A DNA stretch of 62,662 bases, counting the filler. It is 10 parts of 10 records of this genome, joined end to end, with 100 filler letters (N's around TTAATTAATTAA, not from the genome) between each part and the next. Parts side by side here need not be neighbours in the genome. Positions count along the whole stretch, not along the records: positions 46,624 to 62,662 come from SRR15195285_5429; 9 more parts are not named here. One strand, 5' to 3'. A program made the translations under genes and the position numbers. Below are positions 57,401-62,662 of the stretch, piece by piece; positions within the stretch are counted from its first letter, which is position 1, and every line of letters starts with the position of its first letter. Under the pieces are notes generated by a model that was given only the letters and a program-made list of their open reading frames with translations, made no database searches and was not told the origin of the DNA.

Positions 57401-60400
57401 ACCGACCATTGCCTACTTGGGCCCATGACGTCATCGACGAGACACAGACTGCAGCAAGAACGCTCAGATGATATTTCAACCAGCACATTGTCGTTTTTCC
57501 CAAACTCTTCGGACTGAGTTTCATCTTGATAGCTAGGGGATAAGGCTGCGGGTGAAGTAGACGCATCCGCAGGCTGAAGTACAAGTTTTTCTGCAAATGA
57601 TCGCATGAAGGATGAAGTGATACCGCAGTAGCTCAAGTCTAAAGTTCGAATGCCCGAATTGGGTAAAGACTCAACAAGGACATTGAAGTGTCGCCTCATC
57701 TCTACGCCACTCAGATCAACACTCTCAATCCGAAGGAATCGACTGAAAATGACTGGCGCAAAGTTTTTCAAGTCATCTACGGCCATTCGTTTGATGCGTA
57801 TTTTCTCGATGATAGCAGGGTCTAAATGTTTAGTCTTGCACAGTGTCTTGAGCCTAGCTTTGCAGCCGTTCGTCAACGTAAGCTCAATGTGGGAATGAAT
57901 TTTCTTGAGTGTCTTCATCAAGAGCAGCCCACCGGCCGTAGAAAGATCGACGTCGCGTATTTCAAGCCTCACACGCCAGAACGGGGTATGAGGGTCCGGT
58001 GGGCGAACTACATCGTCTACGAGATACGTCACAGCGCCAAATGCCTCGACGCTTGTGCGTCGAAGTCGCTCTACCGCTTCAACACTTCCCCGTCGCATTT
58101 TGGCAGTGACTTTCTCTTTGCTTCTCTTGTTAACAACAATGCGACGTTTTCTTTCACCCTGTGCTCGCAAAATCATCTTCAGCGACGCTCCTTCAATTTG
58201 CTGCCCGTTCGCACGGTTCGCTGTTGCTAGGGTTTCGTCTCCTAGATCTTTCGCCAAACCAGCAAAACGAGAGATCATATTGACGTCATCCATGCGTTTG
58301 CCGGCCATTTCAGAGGTAGTACTCGTAAGACCTCTGAAACTATTTGACTGGAGATGAGTAACACTTGATTTAGCAGCAGAGACGGTCTTGTCCAAATGCT
58401 TCATGCCCATCCTGGTCACCTCCTGTGCCGCACCAGACGCCATCTTCGAACCATCCTGAACTAAATTCATAGCTCCGGTGAACACATTGCTGCCAACACG
58501 AGCGAGTCCTTTCCCTGACAAAGACCTGGACCGGTTCAAATGACCCCCATCGCCCTGCTTGTCATCAATGTTGACTTTGTCGGCCTCGTCTGCGCCGTCA
58601 GTGCTATTGAGTGCTGCACTGCGCCGTGCAGCTTCGAGACGCGCAAGTTCGCTTCTCTGCAGCTCATTCTCGTCCTGGGTAGTGCTGTATTCGCTGACAT
58701 AAAGCCAAAAGTTCTTACTCTTAGACCACGCTTGCTCGCTTGCTGTCTCCTTCCAGTAGCTGATAGGCTCCTTGGAATCATTCATGCTCCAGTCAGTGTC
58801 AACATCCAGCCAATTCAGCCCCTGGCGTAGCCCTGCCAGAAAGTCCTTTCGGTTTTCTAGCATCATCACAGCGTCCTGAACGTGCTGTTCGTGGTGAGCC
58901 AATGCGCGTGCTTGATAGCCTAGTGCCTTCCCAGCATTGTCTGTCGGTTTCTTTGCAGGCTCAGCGTCCCCAGCACCAAGTGGAATCACATCCAGTGGTG
59001 CAATGCGTGCAGCGCCACCAAACATTCCAAGTTTGCTAGTCGCTAGTGCTGCCGCCTCCACTGTGCGACCTGCTTCGCGGATATAGTCCATTTCATCCGG
59101 GGTATCTTCCACGCCCACCGCGTTCTTGTTGGCTTCTTTGATGGATGCCTCCATCTCATTTGAAAGCAATTCTACCAGTTTCTTCTCCCTTCTCGAGTCG
59201 GCTGGTATTTTGCTTGGCATGAGACCTTTACTGTGTTTGAGTGCATAGAACCAACCTCGCACCTCACAAGCCTCACAAATGCCATATTTCTCGCGATGTT
59301 TTCGCAACGGGATTCCTAGCGGCACATCACGCTTGGGCCCAGGAACTGCGGAGCTGTAGCAGATGCACCCCTTAGACTTCGCAGAATTGCAGAATTTTTG
59401 CTTGGGTCGATTGTGCTCATCCACTGCATCACTTCGTTGCGCTCGTTCAAGGACGGCAAAGAAGTGTGCTTCCGTTATTTTGACCGCATTGTCTGCCGCA
59501 CGAGCATCCAGGTCAAACGTGTTTTTGATCCGGTCGAAGTCGAGGCCAGGAGCAGCTTTGCAAAGTGTGTGCAACTCCGATAAGTCTAGGGTTCCTCGTC
59601 CATCCCTGTCTACCCATTCCCAGACAGCTTGCGCTTGGGCGTACAAGAGACCACGATCAAATCCCAATTTGAATCTGTCGTACGAACTCCAGGAAAATTC
59701 ACTGCCGTGACTGTCACTCAACTTTTCCTGCACCATCTCTAGTCGGCGTTTCAAGACAGGGTAGTCCACCTGGCGGACATTTGATGAGCTCTTGCTGATA
59801 ATTTCATGTGCCTCCCAGCCAACTATCTTCTTCTTGTACCAATAGAATGCAAGCAGAACTGCAACCACATTCGACGCCAGCAGGCCGATAAAGATCGAGT
59901 AGGACTGGATAGGTTGTTCGCTACAGGTTTCGCAGTCGGTACAATCGGATTGCTCGGAACAGGCACCGGAAACGGCATCGCAAACCCCATTGAGACCCAT
60001 CGCTAGGCCATTGTGTATACATGAATCGTCAGCCGAAGAGTCTGGCAGTGCAGTAAAGTTCGGGGCCGTCTCAGATACCACGCATGCCCCGGTGCTTGAC
60101 CCCGGGCTGGCTCCGTAATAATATACCACAAACGAAGCATAGAAGCCGTTGATGCTAGCCATGGCTAGACCTCCTACACGTACAGCGTTGAGCGTGAGCA
60201 CACTGGTGTAGTCGCGATCGTAGGTCGTCAGAGTTAGCTGAAACAGCACCGAAATTTCGATACTGGCGACCATAATCCACGGGTAGCAGTCGCCCACTGC
60301 ACTGGCAATGAATGCTAAAATGAATTTGAACTGAAAGCTCACGATCCCACACACACGATCGATGATGACGATCGACTGTTTCGCTTGGGAACTGGATTGA

Positions 60401-62662
60401 AAGTCGATGCAGGCGATGTAGTACGGGGCAAGAAATATCATGACCGGTGCAACATATAGCAGCAGATGCTCTTCCTCCCAGCACAAAACATTTGGAGCTT
60501 CGTCCATGCATTGACTCCCGGGTTCAATGTAATCGTAATGTTCCAGCTGGCAGGAGCGCAGTGCACCCTTGCGCGTGAAAGCCCATTTGAACATGCTGGT
60601 GCATGTCAGCGCACCTGTCAGCTTCTTGATGATGGGAAACGCAGCCATTTCGAAGAACAACTGGATAACAAGCAGGTTCTTGGCCACGTCGTTCCTAGTC
60701 TTGTGAAACGCATAGAACGCCAAGAGGATCATCCCGCAAGATATCCAGAACGTAAGCTTGTGCACGGAAATGTCCCCAAACTGGAAAAAACCAAGCATCA
60801 TCACCGTCTGCGGATGCGGCACGTTGTCCGGCACTTTCATTGATGACCATGGCACAGACGGGAAAAACGAAAAGCCCATATAGTTGTAACACTCTAGCAT
60901 TACCGTCACCATCTTCATTCGTATGACAGGGTCCGCTGGCATGCTATGTAGACGCTGGTTAGGTTCGATCGTGTCCAGAGCGTCAGCATGAAACCACATG
61001 TAGACCCAGCCGATGCACCACAATAGCACCACATAAATGAGAATTCCAAGTGCAGCTGCCTCGCCAGTGTGAGCAGTTGATACAACAAGCGAGGCCGGAA
61101 CAAGCATCAGAAGTGCCGTGTAAATCCACACTGAGCCCCAAACTCTGCCGACACTAGCAATGGCCTCTTTTGTCACATCTTCGGTTGCTCGCACCTTTGC
61201 CAGACGCAGTTCTTCCTGATACTCACGAGCTTGGTCATCATCCATTTCATCCACTGACAGGGAAGGTTGCGTATCCTCGTCATCTGTCTTGTATCGATTC
61301 TTGCGTTTCTTTTGCAGGTTCCTGCTTTTGTATTCTGCGGGTAGTAGGCAGAAGATGTTGACGAACATAAATATTGACACCACTGTCAATATCGAATTCG
61401 GACCAGCGGCGTAGATTACTGTGCAGCACACCGCTTGGAACAGATACGGTGAGGACAGAAAAGCCAGCATTCCAGCACCTGAGCCTGTCCCAGGCCAGTT
61501 TGCCTTTCCCTTCACAAGAGTCTGGAGGCTGTCTCTGAGCCGACTTCGAAACTCTGGCAAGCAGCCATTTAGACATGGTGTGCAAAATCCCCGAGCCCTC
61601 GCCTCCTTGTTCGCAGCCGCAGCCGCAAGGTCCTCGATCCCTTGTGGCTTACCTTTCCTATGCCGAGTACAGCAGCAACACTTTCGTCGCTGAAGCTCCT
61701 CGTTCGCGGCCGTGACGGTGCTCGCAGACAGCTTGCCCCAGATCTTCGAAGAGCCCTCTTTCAGCTTCTTCTTGGACGCCAGCACGTGATCTGGTGATTC
61801 GTGCTGTGTGTTACCTTCGATATGCATCAGCTGTTCGCAGAGCTCATCGTACCATGTATCAGCTGGCGAAACGAGCTGGAGCGCGGCTTCGTCTACCCAG
61901 TTTTGTGTCTGATCTCCGCGCTCGAATCTAAGGCGAGCCTTTGCACTCTTCAGCCGCGGCCTTCCTCGCCCACCGAACACGATCCGCCTCTCCAGCCCAA
62001 GGATCTCATCGCCCTGTTGCAGCCCGTGCAACTCTTCTACTGCTGCTGAGTCCAGTGCGGCGCTGCTATGGACTGGGGTTGCTGTGCCGGTCGTATTTGT
62101 GTAGCGTCGTGGGAGGGCGTCGAATAGACCGTCTGGAATTTTCTCCAGCAACAGCCGGCCCGCCTCGTCGTCCTGCCCCTTCACGCGTCGGCTAGCGGAT
62201 GGCTGAGGCGGAGCCGCAGCACTTTTTTGCCGTGACTTCGGTGTGTTGCTCTGCCTCGCATGGGGCGCCACATCATCCGCGTCGGTGGTGAAATCACCCG
62301 GGTCCGTTGAGCGCACTGGCACCCACTCGAGCTGCGGCCCGCCGCGATCGATCGCAACCCACTGTTCGCCGCCAGCCTTACGCTCCTCGCAAGCCACGAT
62401 AATATCGCCCAGTCCGAGCCGGTCCCCCACTTGCGGCTGGTCGCAGCCGATGGACTCGCGGGGCGCCGCTGAGCCCAACACGAGGTATCGGTTCGTTGCA
62501 GTAAGCGGCACGCCGTTGCTCGCTACCAGCGCCCTGACCTCAGCGGGTGTCTTGCCCTGCGCAGGGTACTTCTCGTAGAACGCATTCAGCGCGGCTTCCC
62601 GGTGCTCACGCCGTACGATGTGGCTCGGTTTCGAAGGCTCCGGCTCCGGCTCCGGCTCCGGC
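48448..62662 (-). CDS. Giant (>4,700 aa) intronless multi-TM protein with EF-hand, long RI-like LRR array, Myb-like and NUMOD1-like inserts, SH3-like and C-terminal ubiquitin-like domains; 5'-partial
   Basis: 14-kb stop-free frame open to window end (PEPEPEP...). TM block ~59835-61470, EF 'DRDGRGTLDLSEL', many LxxLDLSxNxL repeats, UBL 'ITVRELSG..TVGFLK..FPVEQQELL..LEDE..LAECGLRSG'. Confidence 0.85.
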   Translation of the reverse strand, partial: PEPEPEPEPSKPSHIVRREHREAALNAFYEKYPAQGKTPAEVRALVASNGVPLTATNRYLVLGSAAPRESIGCDQPQVGDRLGLGDIIVACEERKAGGEQWVAIDRGGPQLEWVPVRSTDPGDFTTDADDVAPHARQSNTPKSRQKSAAAPPQPSASRRVKGQDDEAGRLLLEKIPDGLFDALPRRYTNTTGTATPVHSSAALDSAAVEELHGLQQGDEILGLERRIVFGGRGRPRLKSAKARLRFERGDQTQNWVDEAALQLVSPADTWYDELCEQLMHIEGNTQHESPDHVLASKKKLKEGSSKIWGKLSASTVTAANEELQRRKCCCCTRHRKGKPQGIEDLAAAAANKEARARGFCTPCLNGCLPEFRSRLRDSLQTLVKGKANWPGTGSGAGMLAFLSSPYLFQAVCCTVIYAAGPNSILTVVSIFMFVNIFCLLPAEYKSRNLQKKRKNRYKTDDEDTQPSLSVDEMDDDQAREYQEELRLAKVRATEDVTKEAIASVGRVWGSVWIYTALLMLVPASLVVSTAHTGEAAALGILIYVVLLWCIGWVYMWFHADALDTIEPNQRLHSMPADPVIRMKMVTVMLECYNYMGFSFFPSVPWSSMKVPDNVPHPQTVMMLGFFQFGDISVHKLTFWISCGMILLAFYAFHKTRNDVAKNLLVIQLFFEMAAFPIIKKLTGALTCTSMFKWAFTRKGALRSCQLEHYDYIEPGSQCMDEAPNVLCWEEEHLLLYVAPVMIFLAPYYIACIDFQSSSQAKQSIVIIDRVCGIVSFQFKFILAFIASAVGDCYPWIMVASIEISVLFQLTLTTYDRDYTSVLTLNAVRVGGLAMASINGFYASFVVYYYGASPGSSTGACVVSETAPNFTALPDSSADDSCIHNGLAMGLNGVCDAVSGACSEQSDCTDCETCSEQPIQSYSIFIGLLASNVVAVLLAFYWYKKKIVGWEAHEIISKSSSNVRQVDYPVLKRRLEMVQEKLSDSHGSEFSWSSYDRFKLGFDRGLLYAQAQAVWEWVDRDGRGTLDLSELHTLCKAAPGLDFDRIKNTFDLDARAADNAVKITEAHFFAVLERAQRSDAVDEHNRPKQKFCNSAKSKGCICYSSAVPGPKRDVPLGIPLRKHREKYGICEACEVRGWFYALKHSKGLMPSKIPADSRREKKLVELLSNEMEASIKEANKNAVGVEDTPDEMDYIREAGRTVEAAALATSKLGMFGGAARIAPLDVIPLGAGDAEPAKKPTDNAGKALGYQARALAHHEQHVQDAVMMLENRKDFLAGLRQGLNWLDVDTDWSMNDSKEPISYWKETASEQAWSKSKNFWLYVSEYSTTQDENELQRSELARLEAARRSAALNSTDGADEADKVNIDDKQGDGGHLNRSRSLSGKGLARVGSNVFTGAMNLVQDGSKMASGAAQEVTRMGMKHLDKTVSAAKSSVTHLQSNSFRGLTSTTSEMAGKRMDDVNMISRFAGLAKDLGDETLATANRANGQQIEGASLKMILRAQGERKRRIVVNKRSKEKVTAKMRRGSVEAVERLRRTSVEAFGAVTYLVDDVVRPPDPHTPFWRVRLEIRDVDLSTAGGLLLMKTLKKIHSHIELTLTNGCKARLKTLCKTKHLDPAIIEKIRIKRMAVDDLKNFAPVIFSRFLRIESVDLSGVEMRRHFNVLVESLPNSGIRTLDLSYCGITSSFMRSFAEKLVLQPADASTSPAALSPSYQDETQSEEFGKNDNVLVEISSERSCCSLCLVDDVMGPSRQWSVETRDTGQFANLTRALCTTIEAEVEKLSRWHPPLECTKWITSIDVDGLDAESGDVYCIELTGWSDTGVEHARLTRRMIVEVTFVHVDFEGSTNSLGPWPSLQEASKATGIDCNEIFQRCNTTRQIARGTELCESNEWLRTIHDVLSDSDGSDLDADKDSEGSESNATLNRTPDMENSDESRQPCYVRGILGHSGRPSFRSYSLDAEAVQFEDLVQTHTARRVRWDQHKRHVAKELALVQEVEWRWTDVRRTVGATFWNPKANRAGLLSTKGGLLMGRKNMQRPLMLRWRTPNGLLVQMAFKNRRELAMDWPDQKSNHVCAYCGLPMSPSMKLIKTVSERNRHKSDSQKETWHEKKLHTKWKLGRNIQSLTSLNIVGNPLGSSCQDMIHILEDSPSLQTLCGLTPSQTVVNWSPTDQDPRKKTLVDCMLLAADIKVARAARKVAAVSLSKNLLFPYLKEYEESEIGKEADNDILVDHEKMQWQYICKAFKESGDRLACGLREFEAYDTGLHGPAAQILVEHGLRTKKQLVPDPHDPTKMIVHEGLSALRLELNPLGLDGGEAVANLMTDVDVRLKKLVVGGLISGHKPAVIAVNDSRCEELHLSGAFLEPGEILIVAAAIPTLPNLKSLSIGEERTVDNPTPHSKYELDVEWDFLDFTAEKYSNMLTADFLLIGAWIGKNNVSKRIKRLSLRSTGLRGRRSRSTDKCFQDNICTGAKGDKNCPSCRLKEFVKQAEPQVSGFPSHPQPQFLDPYCYTLDVEDTELVVSDKYLGAADCKLIAVWLDNICCKYTKLKLNGNFLSGSMPHKWDMIDVDVSGIEALGSVVHKLENLEEVDLSSNLLGGNALLAFAAPVEGGSPLSGGLSVKQGIFRVLDISDNRIDAQGWRDFLILCSQGDIPMNHMGNGVSVIAKRNPLLWTISGSRPSERDLVAIFPMKEFRQKSYAKVANVPEVDSSTGIRNSAVSLHRVAADDHSDAATAAERESSKTDEFPFKLVGIDDHFTEQACVKVTGSPLAWLNIWEESCDCLSRTRFSGLDISDCGMASLDPRHLNKNCQAVDLPRQFLKIFADALVKAEKHSEGCAISILTIDNTSKPDDPVHYTLSADFRYESIDREWDISNAPCTWDEMDSLDRTTVKATYDAIRAWRDESSRDHPGPHQLDLQHSQLGPNDAILVCTWLTLKRVRSQIKRVFMGHADSDITSSSIGIRGKFQLARVLGGHTEAIRAQRAAMWDYTTGPTLVETVQIDISDRVLKLQSNQSSIPGIKWELRDLSGMGVADVVFLTGWIRNSSVRLNLRRLEVYSTGAGSREVSEYGAVKYSLGSPYDTDDELSFNKQEILRNKNLGPADSGLLAAWLAKEDTRKQLTSIDISDNCYLFNFETTKEERKQLRMKSFESWTDFCESLKTSAVTEMRVGETRLSPTPARLLFESSANLRVLDVQGNPITGVDLVDAAAGAGVRVDHLCAMTALRDLIQASRFLRVLDLSRCELDADALYKLASPAEAWANSLIHTLLLDGNPLTNGNCGTGTSLICSNDPVAPLHTNPASEEDFTGTAALFMALSHPGICVTELDLSYCGLGARSAEAMAEALRGAGIQQNLNTLRLAGNYLGGIAIDELSDGSLWWTAPPPSNAGVPDSLANVKVALSQTHITDLDLGNCGLGPLNIKSIAQALSDKESTILPTLNKLNVVGNPLTGSFWEKDPGWCCICSSRCQRKCSACKDKVAVCGTARARRRFFCLACANARNDKRAKSIEDLRRIILAKEEADDDFKLNDPGLYARLQKDMAVWVARPIEVTAATVDVTVVSGTFELSEDLSVRKLDPKSDLTGNYILDTAGVTIGMYLISFQRNPVKPGTKWNVLRNLIKATKRPWSLKFSSRPPGSVDMDVKAVLDLARDDNLTFDTPTSTVCMSSALRSQLLQWRQKLKKRNLVDKEAVVEQHFQQREADWTDCQTRCQPWCKCRMQYDVDTRGIEALAKSLCGKPNAESCIRELDISSCHVGAFGVLAFCGAVMTKKDVSKAHPNEAKEVGFFTNELNWQTGQEERAKPGAGLKLEGWSPRVLIRTENTPGASEFLAPGVSVSLEPDVQWSCLDGRPDKHAEHADIEQQLQFDWRYRADGATGRLTRLTVDSTGIVGYPQVYTLDSLDEHIDLSDKSLGPADAELLSCWLSKPDVHALASSLDLSNNPSLMGKVWSNRTPAWAEQPADCEGGDGDDDADDESFHGSLKQPDDEDGVEAFRVLCNGRRKDQPTATVRGLETTAICELNLGNIGMGSVGCEVFCNVVGEKSEFSSGIRQLLLPRNGTDSGIGTLGGKKIAYVIELPEGQGMDNLEEVVLANDMTIPVQDTESSISALDFTTWTLAEDNELRRLAGIYKEGEQISTARERWERIAQEFPKGGEHLLHTDRWPRRGPDMLRRRFELLETGSSTVRLSLGSPVLAPAGQSESGLTLSGTSSGLMRTRSGTSTATPRGMSRSDSVRAGVKEELQRSSTSLSPSLAAEFARTSSSSQLLHSTSMSNMSSAVVQHDENQLPQAPAQHGEGGQSPQFQINDAKGIGPGEAAVLAAAIGRLDRLCTFSSQTTGLGLRVDRWHSQAYTLNAPGSSDYPREKLDKNDKVVEAFGGEGTPVMDRLDLSGINFGPYDLQILTRWLFKPEVLPTLSSINLSKNPLIGQAWRPDEHIAAFIPFIELLANSNIKELRMANIGMGFEATMSCVQLLDSREGGDQKFRMLQLLDVSANPLTDTGKVMLQDAVHMRLPGQSIVVLDQGEDLSHLPANNFDKPKPKLGKRYECRRDMPVSSGKELESKKLGFILAGACVDALEESSFGDVVRVHFSLDAHNIGAEGETGWVSKVTEKGLKALFQVNREEKPPEPEPEPAPEPEPQVDESQPVEITVRELSGATHRVHVAPAKTVGFLKSLLAECTEFPVEQQELLVAERKNGPLNLPLEDETRALAECGLRSGGEMLLVGDEHEIAVAHAKADLIRALSVG
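62636..62662. repeat. (GGCTCC)n repeat encoding PEPEP
   Basis: ggctccggctccggctccggctccggc at window end. Confidence 0.8.

Noticed and set aside
1-62662. Prokaryotic defence systems, transposases, viral hallmark genes, tRNA/rRNA genes
   Set aside because: None recognised. Spliceosomal introns and gene content are eukaryotic throughout.

Overview
Eukaryotic (protist-like, GC-rich, compact, short GT-AG introns with frequent GTGCG donors) draft-genome sequence made of ten unrelated contigs joined by nine artificial 100-bp N44-TTAATTAATTAA-N44 spacers, so synteny holds only within contigs. About 23 protein genes could be modelled by hand-splicing, among them PP1, VMA21, a TPK-type two-pore K+ channel, a cyclic-nucleotide-gated channel, a POT-like MFS transporter, an amidohydrolase, a PhyH-family dioxygenase, a C2-histidine phosphatase, a thaumatin fusion, a mosaic surface protein and a >4,700-aa intronless TM-LRR-ubiquitin-like giant. 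The main signal the ORF track misses is on contig 14454-19966. An SDN/REXO-type DEDDh RNA exonuclease gene carries a box C/D snoRNA candidate in each of its four visible introns. Two have recognisable 18S rRNA antisense guides and two are paralogs sharing an identical 23-nt guide plus D box of unresolved target. The gene converges on an XRN2-binding-domain gene. Other notable points are an in-frame VMA21-PP1 tandem with only 33 nt between the ORFs (bicistron or readthrough), palindromic CTAG/GTAC-rich islands upstream of most gene starts, and a recurring SAP-like module in unrelated proteins. All family calls come from motif recognition by eye. No database search was run and the organism is not identified.
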